Source of the DNA: Rickettsiales bacterium
Lineage (GTDB): Bacteria; Pseudomonadota; Alphaproteobacteria; Rickettsiales; JABIRX01
Direction: 5' to 3'
NCBI GenBank assembly: GCA_016780625.1
Contig: JADHLN010000002.1
Coordinates: forward strand, 1 to 53,924
Length of the DNA stretch: 53,924 nucleotides
The position numbers were made by a program, and so were the translations under genes. Shown here in pieces: positions 36,197-48,324 of the stretch (positions are counted from its first letter, which is position 1; every line of letters begins with the position of its first letter). The notes beneath the pieces are model-generated. The model searched no databases. It was not told where the DNA came from and saw only the letters and a list, made by a program, of their open reading frames with translations.

Positions 36197-36964
36197 TTAA
36201 ACTACTAATTTCTTTCTAGATTTTGTAAAAATTTCGCAGCCATTTTTAGTGACACCAATTGTATGTTCAAATTGGGCTGATAATGATCTGTCTTTAGTTA
36301 CTACTGTCCAACCATCTTTTTTAATTTTAGTTGGATATTCGCCAATATTTATCATTGGTTCAATTGTAAAAAACATCCCCTCTTTAATTTCTTCTCCTGT
36401 GTTTTTTTCGCCAAAGTGCAGTATATTAGGGTCTGTGTGAAATATTTGTCCAATACCATGGCCACAATAATCTCTTACTACAGAATAATTTCTGGATTCT
36501 GCATAATTTTGGATAATATGGCCTATATCACCTGTTTTTATTCCAGGTTTTACAATATTAATTGCTTGCATTAGAGCTTCATATGTTGTCTCTACTAATT
36601 TTCTTGCTTTGATAGATGGCTCAGCAATAAAAAACATTCTGCTGGTATCTCCATGCCAGCCATCAAGAATTACAGTAACGTCTATATTTAATATGTCTTG
36701 AGCTTTTAACGGTTTGTCATTTGGAATGCCGTGACATACAACATGATTAATTGAGGTGCAGATAGATTTTGGAAATCCTCTATAATTTAAGGGAGCTGGT
36801 ATTGCATTATTTGCTAAAATGAAATCATGGCATAATTTATCTAGATGGTTTGTGGTAACGCCTTCTTTGACAAAATCTGTTATATAATCAAGAGTTTCTG
36901 CGGCTAGCTTTCCTGCTGCACGCATTTTTTCAAAATCTTCTTTTTTGTGGATTTTTATTGCCAT
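36197..36964 (-). CDS. map: type I methionine aminopeptidase
   Basis: 255 aa. Metal-ligand pattern visible: NIDVT..DGWHGDTS, GHGIG, FTIEP and QFEHT. Confidence 0.95.
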   Translation of the reverse strand: MAIKIHKKEDFEKMRAAGKLAAETLDYITDFVKEGVTTNHLDKLCHDFILANNAIPAPLNYRGFPKSICTSINHVVCHGIPNDKPLKAQDILNIDVTVILDGWHGDTSRMFFIAEPSIKARKLVETTYEALMQAINIVKPGIKTGDIGHIIQNYAESRNYSVVRDYCGHGIGQIFHTDPNILHFGEKNTGEEIKEGMFFTIEPMINIGEYPTKIKKDGWTVVTKDRSLSAQFEHTIGVTKNGCEIFTKSRKKLVV

Positions 36965-37014
36965 TATTTAATTTTTATATCTATGTTGTTAATAATTACT
37001 TATATAATAAATAA

Positions 37015-37761
37015 ATGAAAAATAAACAAGTAACCTCTGCGGTAATAATTATTGGTAATGAAATTTTAAGTGGTAGAACAAAGGATTTAAATATAAATTT
37101 TTTAGCTAACTCACTAGTTGATATTGGTATAGATTTAGCTGAGGTAAGAATTGTTAAAGATATAGAAAATGATATAATATTTGCTCTTAATGAGTTAAGA
37201 GTTAAATATGATTTTATCTTTACATGTGGAGGTATTGGTCCGACTCATGATGATATTACTTCTGCTTCTATTGCCAAAGCTCTAGGGATTGAAATTGAAA
37301 GAAATCAAGAGGCTGAAAATTTATTAATTAATTATTATTCCAAGGATAAATTAAATGATGCTAGATTAAAAATGGCAGATATTCCAGTAGGGGCAATTTT
37401 GCTTGATAACCCAGTTAGTTCAGCACCTGGATATAAGATTTCAAATATTTTTGTATTTGCTGGTGTGCCAAGAATCATGCAAGCAATGTTTGAAGCTGCT
37501 AAGGAATATTTAATTACGGGTGACAAGGTTTACACAAAATCTATATCTGCTTATGTTACTGAAGGCGATATAGCTAAGGAGCTTTCTGATTTACAATCTA
37601 GATATGCTGAGGTGGAAATGGGTAGTTATCCTTTTATAAGGAATGAGAGGTTAGGAACTTCGTTAGTTTTTCGATCATCTAATACCGCTAAGCTTAATGA
37701 TTCTCATGAAATAATGCTTAAAATTTTAAAAGATAATAAAATTGAAATAGATGCTTGCTAA
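37015..37761 (+). CDS. CinA-like / MoaB-MogA-fold molybdopterin-binding domain protein
   Basis: 248 aa. IIIGNEILSGRTKDLNINFLA and TCGGIGPTHDDIT motifs of the CinA N-terminal (MoCF_biosynth) domain. No C-terminal deamidase domain. Confidence 0.8.
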   Translation: MKNKQVTSAVIIIGNEILSGRTKDLNINFLANSLVDIGIDLAEVRIVKDIENDIIFALNELRVKYDFIFTCGGIGPTHDDITSASIAKALGIEIERNQEAENLLINYYSKDKLNDARLKMADIPVGAILLDNPVSSAPGYKISNIFVFAGVPRIMQAMFEAAKEYLITGDKVYTKSISAYVTEGDIAKELSDLQSRYAEVEMGSYPFIRNERLGTSLVFRSSNTAKLNDSHEIMLKILKDNKIEIDAC

Positions 37762-37779
37762 AATAACAGATATTGCTAA

Positions 37780-40233
<2,454 letters not shown>

Positions 40234-40244
40234 ATAGGTGTTTT

Positions 40245-41054
40245 ATGAAAATTAATTTTTATTACATGGATGGTCTTGGTAATAAATTTAATATTTTTGA
40301 TTTAAGAGAGAATCAGCTTCTTGATATAGATGATATTTGTGAGATATCTGAGAAATATAATATTTCTAAAGATTTTGATCAGTTGATATTGATCTATAAT
40401 TCTCAAAAAAATGACGCTTTTATTAAAATCTATAATAATGATTTAAGTGAAGCTATGGCTTGTGGAAATGCTACAAGATGTGTTGCTAAAATATTATGTG
40501 ATGAATCTAATAAGGATCATGTTGTAATAGAAACATCTAATAGGGAATTATTTATTGAGCGTATTAATAATTTATATAAGGTAAATATGGGTGTTCCATT
40601 AACAAATTGGAACGATATTCCATTAAGTCATGAAATTGCTGAAATTAATTTATTAAATAAAGATATATTTGGAAAAGCATATCCGGTTAATATCGGGAAT
40701 CCACATTTAGTATATATATTGGATGATATTGATAGAATTGATCTTAAAAATGATGTTTCATTTATTGAAAAAGATCCTCTCTTTCCAGAAGGTGTAAATA
40801 TTAACTTGGTGCAAATATTAGATAATGAAAGAATTAAAATTAGAACCTGGGAGAGGGGTGCTGGTATAACTTTAGCATGTGGTTCTGGAGCTTGTGCTTC
40901 ATTTTATATTTCATTTATAAATGGCTATATAGGAGATAAGGCTACTATAGAACTTCCAGGTGGTAATTTAGAAGTTTCCATATCAAAGGAAGGGGAAATA
41001 TATATGTTAGGTGATGCTAATTTAAATTTATTAAAAAATATTGAAAACTATTGA
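40245..41054 (+). CDS. dapF: diaminopimelate epimerase
   Basis: 269 aa. Catalytic Cys pair in CGNATRC and ACGSGACA; GNPH motif. Confidence 0.9.
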   Translation: MKINFYYMDGLGNKFNIFDLRENQLLDIDDICEISEKYNISKDFDQLILIYNSQKNDAFIKIYNNDLSEAMACGNATRCVAKILCDESNKDHVVIETSNRELFIERINNLYKVNMGVPLTNWNDIPLSHEIAEINLLNKDIFGKAYPVNIGNPHLVYILDDIDRIDLKNDVSFIEKDPLFPEGVNINLVQILDNERIKIRTWERGAGITLACGSGACASFYISFINGYIGDKATIELPGGNLEVSISKEGEIYMLGDANLNLLKNIENY

Positions 41055-41122
41055 TCAGCTTTTTATTTTGTGTTATATTAATTAAAACTTAATTTGGGAT
41101 TTAAGAACTTTTTAAAAAATAA

Positions 41123-41191
41123 TAGAGGTGAAAGCTAACTAAATAGGTAGGTGGAATATTAATCGAAAGCTTTCACTCTCTACTATTTTTA
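41123..41191. terminator. candidate bidirectional intrinsic terminator or structured element between convergent dapF and the dehydratase gene
   Basis: TAGAGGTGAAAGCT (41123-41136) pairs with AGCTTTCAC-T-CTCTA (41168-41182): 14 bp with one bulge. The 31-nt loop is atypically large. It is flanked by T-runs on both strands (41186-41190 on +; the A-run at 41113-41119 reads as T on the minus strand). Confidence 0.45.
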
Positions 41192-41217
41192 CATCATATC
41201 ATAAAATTATTAAGTTA

Positions 41218-42216
41218 TCAAACTTTCTTAATTTTAGGCTCTTTTTGAAGATGATCTTTTTCCCATATTTCTTTATATGTGTCATTGGAAATATTGCCAC
41301 CTGAGATAATAACTAAGATATTTTTCTGGGTATTTTGTTTTTCTAGCCATTTATATGCTGCACTCATAGCAACACCGCTGCATGGTTCTGCAGTAGTTTT
41401 TAAAAGATGTTGTAGCCATTGAGTCCAATAAATAATTTCTTCTTCTGATGTTTCTATTATCTCATTTATATTTTTAAGATATGAGAAAGTTTTTTCTGAT
41501 ATTGATAAGGTTCTTATAGCATCTGCTATGGATGGTGGTAAATCCTCAAAAATGTGAAGCTTATCATTTTTTAGAGATATTGCTGCATCATTACAATTTT
41601 CAGGTTCTCCACCAATTATTGCGATATTTTCATTGAATAATTTACTAGCTATATATGATCCTGATAATAATCCGCCACCTCCACATGGGGCAAAAATTGC
41701 ATTTATGTCAATATCGTTTAGTTCTTGTAATGCTTCATATGCAACTGTTGCTTGTCCTGCTATAATTTGGTCATCGTCAAAGGGATGGATAAAGAATGCT
41801 CCTTTTTTTTCAGCCTCAGATGCTTTTTGATCTGCTTCTTGATTAGAGTTTACAAGGATAACTTCTGCCCCATATGATTTTGTAGCTCTAATCTTAAGAG
41901 GAGATACGGATTTGTTCATATATATAGTTGCTTTTACATTGAATGTTTTGCAAGCAAGAGCAATTCCTTGAGCATGATTGCCTGAGCTTACAGCTACTAC
42001 ATGTTCTGGCTTTTGGTTATTTTCTATTAGATGAATTAATTTATTAAATGCTCCTCTTGATTTAAATGCTCCTATCTTTTGAAAACATTCCATTTTAAAA
42101 TAAATTTTATGATCACCAAGAAAATTATTCAAGGTAGTTGAGGTAAAAATTGGAGTTTTATTTAAATATTTGTTAATTCGCTCATAGGCAATTAACACAT
42201 CATTAGTGCTTAGCAT
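41218..42216 (-). CDS. PLP-dependent threonine/serine dehydratase-family enzyme (fold type II)
   Basis: 332 aa. FQKIGAFKSRGAFNK (PLP-Lys motif S/AFK.RGA), SSGNHAQG and a GGGGL glycine loop. No ACT regulatory domain. Confidence 0.85.
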   Translation of the reverse strand: MLSTNDVLIAYERINKYLNKTPIFTSTTLNNFLGDHKIYFKMECFQKIGAFKSRGAFNKLIHLIENNQKPEHVVAVSSGNHAQGIALACKTFNVKATIYMNKSVSPLKIRATKSYGAEVILVNSNQEADQKASEAEKKGAFFIHPFDDDQIIAGQATVAYEALQELNDIDINAIFAPCGGGGLLSGSYIASKLFNENIAIIGGEPENCNDAAISLKNDKLHIFEDLPPSIADAIRTLSISEKTFSYLKNINEIIETSEEEIIYWTQWLQHLLKTTAEPCSGVAMSAAYKWLEKQNTQKNILVIISGGNISNDTYKEIWEKDHLQKEPKIKKV

Positions 42217-42217
42217 C

Positions 42218-42676
42218 TTATTTTATTTTGAATATTGCACCTATCTCAACTGCAGCATTAAATGGTAATGAATGTGCGCCCATTGCAAATCTTGAATGTT
42301 TGCCAGCTTCTCCAAAAATGTTAACCATCATATTAGACGCGCCATTACCTATTTTTGGATGGTCTTGGTAATTTTCAGTTGAGTTTACAAATATCTCTAA
42401 TTTTAGACATTTTATGATATTGTTAAGATCTTTTACAGCTGCTTTAGCTTGAGCAATAAGGTTTATTGCACATAATTCAGCAGCTTTTATTCCATCTTCA
42501 TCACTTATATTATCTCCTAACTTTCCTTGATAAATTAATTTCCCATCTTGCATTGGTAATTGCCCTGAAATTAATAATTCTTTTTCATTTATAATATATG
42601 GAAGATAATTAGCAGCAGGTGCAGCTGCGTTAGGGATTGTTATGTTAAGTTCTTGTAGTTTTTTTTCTATATCCAT
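42218..42676 (-). CDS. RidA/YjgF-family reactive intermediate deaminase-like protein
   Basis: 152 aa. YjgF/RidA-like pattern (LISGQLPM.DGKL..., C-terminal VEIGAIFKI). One nucleotide separates it from the dehydratase gene. Confidence 0.75.
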   Translation of the reverse strand: MDIEKKLQELNITIPNAAAPAANYLPYIINEKELLISGQLPMQDGKLIYQGKLGDNISDEDGIKAAELCAINLIAQAKAAVKDLNNIIKCLKLEIFVNSTENYQDHPKIGNGASNMMVNIFGEAGKHSRFAMGAHSLPFNAAVEIGAIFKIK

Positions 42677-42727
42677 AATAAAATTTTTGTTCTTTTTGCC
42701 TGTATTTTAATAAATTTCAAGTTTTTT

Positions 42728-44803
42728 TTAATTAGATTTAAGAGTTTTAGCTGTAACAAATCTTGATTTTCCTGAGGAAAAGTTAACTTCTATAACATCT
42801 CCGATTACTGATTTAACTGTTCCTTCACCATAGCTTGGATGAATTACTTTTTCATTTTTGTTAAATTTTTCACTAGTAATAGTTATTTTATTGCTTTGTT
42901 TGTTGTAATTTTGTTGGTTTTTATAGCCTTCAATTGATTCTTTAGGTAGTTCATTTAGGAATCTTGATGGTATGGATGATTGCCATTTATTAAACATTCT
43001 TCTGTTTTGTGCATAGCTAATAAATAATTTTTCTTTTGCTCTTGTTATTCCAACATATGCTAATCTTCTTTCTTCTTCTAGCCCTTTATTACCTGATTCT
43101 TCAATTGATCTTTGATGGGGGAATATACCTTCTTCCCAACCTGAGAGAAATACAGTGTTAAATTCTAGTCCTTTTGCTGAATGAAGTGTTAATATGTTGA
43201 TACTATCATTTATATTTTTCTCATTTACTTCATTAACAAGGGATACATGTTCTAAAAATTCATTTAAATCATTAAATTCCTCTAATGCATTAAAAAATTC
43301 TTTTAAATTTTCTAATTTGGCATGTGAATTTGTCTCATCATCGTTTTTTATATAGTCTAGATATCCAGTTTCGTTTGCGATAAATGAAGCTGTTTCTTTA
43401 AGTGGTTTTTCATTTATCTCTTTTTTTGCTTTATCTATTATTCTGATGAATTCTTTGAGTGCTGTAGCTGATTTTCCTGTTATTAAGTCATTTTCTTGAA
43501 AATATTTTAATGTTTCATATATGCTGATATTTTCATTTTTTGCATAATTGTTAAATTTTGCAAATGTCACATTTCCTATGCCTCTTTTTGGAGTGTTAAT
43601 TATTCTTTCTAATGCTAAATTATCTGAATCAGAATTTATGATTCTTAGATATGCTATCATATCTTTTATTTCCTTTCTGTCATAGAATTTAAGCCCTCCA
43701 ACTATTTTATATGGAATAGCATGGCTAATTAATGCTTCTTCTATAGATCTTGTTTGAAAAAATGCTCTAACTAATATTGCAATATTTTCAAGTGGCTTCC
43801 TTCTTATTATATGAGTTTCGATTTTTTCAATAATATTATTAGCTTCTGCTGTGTCATCCCAATTAGGTATTATTGTTATTTTTTCACCCTGATTTTGATC
43901 AGTAAATAGGGTTTTATTGTGTCTTTTTTCATTAGTGTTTATGAGATTTGCGGCAGCATTTAATATGTGCTTTGTTGATCTATAATTTTGCTCTAATTTT
44001 ATTACTGTTGAATTTTCAAAATCTTTTTCAAATCTGAGGATATTTTCTACTTCTGCTCCTCTAAAGCTATAAATTGATTGATCATCATCACCCACACAGC
44101 ATATATTGTTATGTCCTTGAGCTAATAATCTTAGCCAAAGATATTGCGAGCTGTTTGTATCTTGGTATTCATCAACAAGTATATATTTAAATTTATTATT
44201 ATAATAATTTTGAATTTGTGGTTGTTCATTAAGTAATTTTATTACATGAAGAATTAAATCTCCAAAATCACATGAATTTGCTCTTAATAATTCATCGCAA
44301 TATATTTCATAAATTTTACTGATATCATCATTATGAAAATTTTGCGTAGCTGGTTTTATTAATTTATCTTTCCATAATGAAATTTGATGAATAATTTTCT
44401 TTGGAGAAAGGTCAGGATTTTCAATTTTTAAATCTGAGCAGATGCGTTTAATTAATCTTAGCTGATCATCTTGATCAATTATATTAAAGTTACTATTTAA
44501 ACCTAAATAATGAGCGTTTTTTCTAATTATCCTAGCTGATATTGAATGAAATGTTCCAATATACATTTCTGGAATTTCATAACCTAATATATTGATTATT
44601 CTTTCCTTCATTTCATTTGCTGCCTTATTTGTAAAGGTCACTGCAATTATTTGGGAAGGAAAAGCTGATTTAGTGCTTATTAAATTTGCTATTCTTGAAG
44701 TTAAAACTTTTGTTTTTCCTGTTCCTGCTCCTGCAAGAACCAAAAGAGGACCTTCTTTATGTTCTACAGCTTTTTTTTGTTCAGAATTTAATTCTGGAGT
44801 CAT
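42728..44803 (-). CDS. uvrD: ATP-dependent DNA helicase, UvrD/Rep/PcrA family
   Basis: 691 aa. LAGAGTGKT, VDEYQDTN, the TLHSAKGLEF motif V region and YVGITRAK. C-terminal Tudor-like tail (VIHPSYGEGTVKSV). Confidence 0.9.
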   Translation of the reverse strand: MTPELNSEQKKAVEHKEGPLLVLAGAGTGKTKVLTSRIANLISTKSAFPSQIIAVTFTNKAANEMKERIINILGYEIPEMYIGTFHSISARIIRKNAHYLGLNSNFNIIDQDDQLRLIKRICSDLKIENPDLSPKKIIHQISLWKDKLIKPATQNFHNDDISKIYEIYCDELLRANSCDFGDLILHVIKLLNEQPQIQNYYNNKFKYILVDEYQDTNSSQYLWLRLLAQGHNNICCVGDDDQSIYSFRGAEVENILRFEKDFENSTVIKLEQNYRSTKHILNAAANLINTNEKRHNKTLFTDQNQGEKITIIPNWDDTAEANNIIEKIETHIIRRKPLENIAILVRAFFQTRSIEEALISHAIPYKIVGGLKFYDRKEIKDMIAYLRIINSDSDNLALERIINTPKRGIGNVTFAKFNNYAKNENISIYETLKYFQENDLITGKSATALKEFIRIIDKAKKEINEKPLKETASFIANETGYLDYIKNDDETNSHAKLENLKEFFNALEEFNDLNEFLEHVSLVNEVNEKNINDSINILTLHSAKGLEFNTVFLSGWEEGIFPHQRSIEESGNKGLEEERRLAYVGITRAKEKLFISYAQNRRMFNKWQSSIPSRFLNELPKESIEGYKNQQNYNKQSNKITITSEKFNKNEKVIHPSYGEGTVKSVIGDVIEVNFSSGKSRFVTAKTLKSN

Positions 44804-44899
44804 TTTACTAAATGTTTTTTATGTAAACTAGCTTAGCTTTTGCTTTTTAATTTGTCTTTAAAAATATTGAATAATTATTTAAGTTTTTATATAAATTAA

Positions 44900-44928
44900 T
44901 TGACAATTTCTTTTTATCTCTAATAAAT
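44900..44928 (+). promoter_or_regulatory. candidate sigma70-type promoter for the asmA-like gene
   Basis: Perfect -35 TTGACA (44900-44905), a 17-nt spacer, and ATAAAT (44923-44928), about 29 nt before the ATG at 44957. The -10 is weak and the background is AT-rich. Confidence 0.25.
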
Positions 44929-44956
44929 TTACTCATAACCTTTAATATATCTTAGG

Positions 44957-47659
44957 ATGAAAATAAAAATCCTAATTCTTGCTATTTTAGTTTTTATTTT
45001 TAGTGAGTTTTTCTATGTAACATCCAAGTTAATTGCCTTTACAGATAGTAAAAACAGAATTATTGAAAGAATATCTAAATTATTAGATGCTGATGTTGAT
45101 ATAAAAGGCAAAATTGAGGTTGATCTTTTTCCAAGACCAAAAATAAATATTTCACATGTAAGATTTTATAATATTCCTCTGGGTTCTTATAAAGTTAATT
45201 TAAGATCACCAATTTTAACTGCAGATATATCGATTTTTAATATATTAACTGGTAATGTAAAATTTTCTGATCTTAGTTTTAGAAATGCTAAGATAGACAT
45301 TCATGATTCAGACAAGGAGGTGGTATTTGATTATTCATTATTGCCAATTAATCATGTCAATATAGATGATTCATCTGTTATTTTTTATGATTTTAAGGGT
45401 GATGTTTTAAAGCAATTATCTAATTTTAAATTCACTCTAAATAAAGAGCAAGGTTATAATATTAATGGTTATTTTTTATATAATTATACAGATTATAATT
45501 ATAATGCTATTATTGATTATGATAATGAATTAATAAAATATAATTTAGCTATTAAATCAGATAGTGATAGTTTTGAGATTAATGCCGCAAATTATAATAA
45601 TTCTAATGATTATAATGGAAATGTAAAATTATCTGGAAATAACCTACAAAATCTTCTGTTCAATTTATCTACAGAAAATTGGTTTTTATTTCCAGATGGT
45701 AGAAATTATAAATATGGAATAGAGTTTTTGTTTAGTAGTCGTGAAGATAAGTTTAGTGTATTAAATGGCAAAATCTCTGGTGATGCAATATCTGGAAGTT
45801 TTATAGGAGATGTTGGTGATGATATTGGAGGTAAATTTATATTTTCATTTGATAATTTTGATTTGGATGGAATAGTAACGGAAAAAAAGAAATCTTTTGT
45901 GAATCAGGATTTTAGTACAAAAGAATATTATAATTTATTTACTAATTTTGGTAGGGGTGATGTATATATTGAAGGTGTTATCAATAATTTAAATTTTAAA
46001 GATAAATTATTTGGACCTATTGATATTAATTTATCTCTATTTGATAATAAAATAAAGGTTAATAAATTTGATTTTAGCTTAAATGAAGGCAATTCTAATA
46101 AAATATCTGGTGTAATTGATAAGAAAGATACAAATTTTCAGTTTACAGGCTCGCTTAGCAGCAAAGGTGATGATGTTAGAATATTCTTGAATAAATTATT
46201 AGGAGTAAAATTTGATACAAGTTTTAGTAATAATAGAGGTTTTGATTTGAAATCTTTATTTACTATATCAAATGATAAATTAATTTTAGAAGGGCTGGAT
46301 GGTAAATTTGCTACAGGTTATGTTACAGGTGACATAAAATGGATTATTGATGATGATGAGTTTTCAGCTTTAAATTTGAATTTTTTTAATTTAGATAGTA
46401 GAGATTTTCAACTTTTAAATGATGATAATAATTCCAAACATTTTTTTGATTTTTATTATGAGTTATTGTCTAATAGAAAAGACAATAATAGTTTATTGTC
46501 ACGTTTTTTATGGTTAAGATCTATTTTTAATGATTTAGATTTTAATTTTGTTTTTAGTGATATAAATTATAATCAAGTCTTGCTTAACAAATTATCTTTT
46601 AAGGGTGAATTAAAATATAGAAGTTTAGTTTTTAATGAAATATTACTTTTGTCTGAAGAAAATAATATTAGGGCAAATTCATCAATTTCAATTGATGATG
46701 ATGAACCTAAATTTAATTTAAATATTGATATTAATAAAGCTAATCTATCATTTCTTGATTATAAGATTAATGATACTGAAACTAATTTTAAAACATGGTC
46801 TAAGGACTTTATTTTATTTCCAAATTTTGATAATATTATCTTTAACTTTAAGGCAAATATTAACTCTTTAAAATATAGGTCATTAGATTTTAAAAATAGT
46901 AATTTTAATTTTACTGTCATAGATAATTTATTAAATATAGATGATATAAGTGGTGGCTTTACTGATAATGGTAGCTTTAATATAAATGGAGAGTTTTTAA
47001 TGGATGGATTACCACAATTGGCTATTAGCTATAGTTTTGAAAATATTCAGCTCAGAAATCTAATTCAATATTTTTTTAATAAAGATAATATAGCTGGTGA
47101 TTTAACTTTATCTGGTAATTTGCAAACCTATGGAAATACTCCAAGTATCATGATGAAACAGTTAAAATCTCGAAATAAATTTTATATTATAGATCTTGAA
47201 TTACAACCGCTAGATATTGCAGGTGTTATTCAAAATATTGCTAATTTAGGTGATGACCCATATAATTATTTTAATGGATCTTTACTTGATGAAATTCTTA
47301 AGTCAAATACTGTTATCGGCTCAACTAAGGGTGATTTAAATATAGAAAAAGGAGTTGTATTATTAAATAATTATAAGTTTAGTATACCAGGCATGAACAG
47401 TATTATTGCTGGTAAAATTGATTTACCATCTAAATCCTTAACAATAAATACTGTAATGTCTTTTGTTACTCTTTATAGAGTTCAAGATGAAATAAAAAAA
47501 ATGCCAGTAACTCTTACAAATTCTCTGACTGGCAAGTTCAATGATATAAAATTTGTTTATGATACCAATCAGCTTGATTTATTGATTAATAAATTAAAAA
47601 CATTATATATCAATGCACTAGATGAGTATAATAAATATAATAATATTGAGAATCAGTAG
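44957..47659 (+). CDS. AsmA-family outer-membrane biogenesis protein
   Basis: 900 aa. N-terminal TM anchor followed by ...DADVDIKGKIEVDLFPRPKINISHVRFYN, an AsmA N-terminal pattern. A long beta-rich N/D/F-rich body follows. The C-terminal GDLNIEKGVVLLNNYKFSIPG...GKIDLPSKSL is like the AsmA C-terminal region. Confidence 0.7.
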   Translation: MKIKILILAILVFIFSEFFYVTSKLIAFTDSKNRIIERISKLLDADVDIKGKIEVDLFPRPKINISHVRFYNIPLGSYKVNLRSPILTADISIFNILTGNVKFSDLSFRNAKIDIHDSDKEVVFDYSLLPINHVNIDDSSVIFYDFKGDVLKQLSNFKFTLNKEQGYNINGYFLYNYTDYNYNAIIDYDNELIKYNLAIKSDSDSFEINAANYNNSNDYNGNVKLSGNNLQNLLFNLSTENWFLFPDGRNYKYGIEFLFSSREDKFSVLNGKISGDAISGSFIGDVGDDIGGKFIFSFDNFDLDGIVTEKKKSFVNQDFSTKEYYNLFTNFGRGDVYIEGVINNLNFKDKLFGPIDINLSLFDNKIKVNKFDFSLNEGNSNKISGVIDKKDTNFQFTGSLSSKGDDVRIFLNKLLGVKFDTSFSNNRGFDLKSLFTISNDKLILEGLDGKFATGYVTGDIKWIIDDDEFSALNLNFFNLDSRDFQLLNDDNNSKHFFDFYYELLSNRKDNNSLLSRFLWLRSIFNDLDFNFVFSDINYNQVLLNKLSFKGELKYRSLVFNEILLLSEENNIRANSSISIDDDEPKFNLNIDINKANLSFLDYKINDTETNFKTWSKDFILFPNFDNIIFNFKANINSLKYRSLDFKNSNFNFTVIDNLLNIDDISGGFTDNGSFNINGEFLMDGLPQLAISYSFENIQLRNLIQYFFNKDNIAGDLTLSGNLQTYGNTPSIMMKQLKSRNKFYIIDLELQPLDIAGVIQNIANLGDDPYNYFNGSLLDEILKSNTVIGSTKGDLNIEKGVVLLNNYKFSIPGMNSIIAGKIDLPSKSLTINTVMSFVTLYRVQDEIKKMPVTLTNSLTGKFNDIKFVYDTNQLDLLINKLKTLYINALDEYNKYNNIENQ

Positions 47660-47670
47660 GTATCTTAAAA

Positions 47671-48324
47671 ATGTCTGACATATTAGATGAAATCAGAGAA
47701 GATTTATTTAAGGAGAAATTTACGTTATTTTGGCGTAAATATGCAAAATATTTTTTTATATTTATTGCTTTTTTGGTTCTACTTCCTAGTTCTTATATAA
47801 TCTACGATAATTACCAGCTTAACAAATCTTATCATAATACTGAAAAATTATATGAAATTATAGATAGCTATAATAATAATGATGAAAATAGCTTTATTAA
47901 TCTTAGCAAAGAATTTGTTGAAGATGGATCTAATCTTTCACAAATTGCTATAATTAAAAAGATACAGTTAGATATAAAAAACAATCATATTTATGAAGCT
48001 TATAATGATTTAAAATCATTTATTAACCAAAAGAATAGTGAAAAATTATTTAAAGATTATGCAATATTATTAATTAATTTTTTAACATATAAATATTCAA
48101 ATTATGATTTTATAGATAAAAATAATTACGTAGAGTTAGAATCTGATAATATTTTTTATTTTTCGATTTTAGAAATTAGATCATTGGGTTACATAGAGAA
48201 TAATAAATTTGATTTAGCCGTTAATGAGTTATTAAAAATTACTAAATCTGATAGCGCCCCTCAAATTAATAAAAATTTTGCTCTTGAGCTAATTAATTTA
48301 TTAGAAAAAAGTGAAAAGATATAA
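47671..48324 (+). CDS. YfgM-like membrane-anchored TPR-like protein
   Basis: 217 aa. N-terminus MSDILDEIREDLFKEKFTLFWRKYAKY followed by one TM, as in alphaproteobacterial YfgM-like proteins. Located immediately upstream of bamB-der, matching the yfgM-bamB-der synteny. Confidence 0.6.
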   Translation: MSDILDEIREDLFKEKFTLFWRKYAKYFFIFIAFLVLLPSSYIIYDNYQLNKSYHNTEKLYEIIDSYNNNDENSFINLSKEFVEDGSNLSQIAIIKKIQLDIKNNHIYEAYNDLKSFINQKNSEKLFKDYAILLINFLTYKYSNYDFIDKNNYVELESDNIFYFSILEIRSLGYIENNKFDLAVNELLKITKSDSAPQINKNFALELINLLEKSEKI

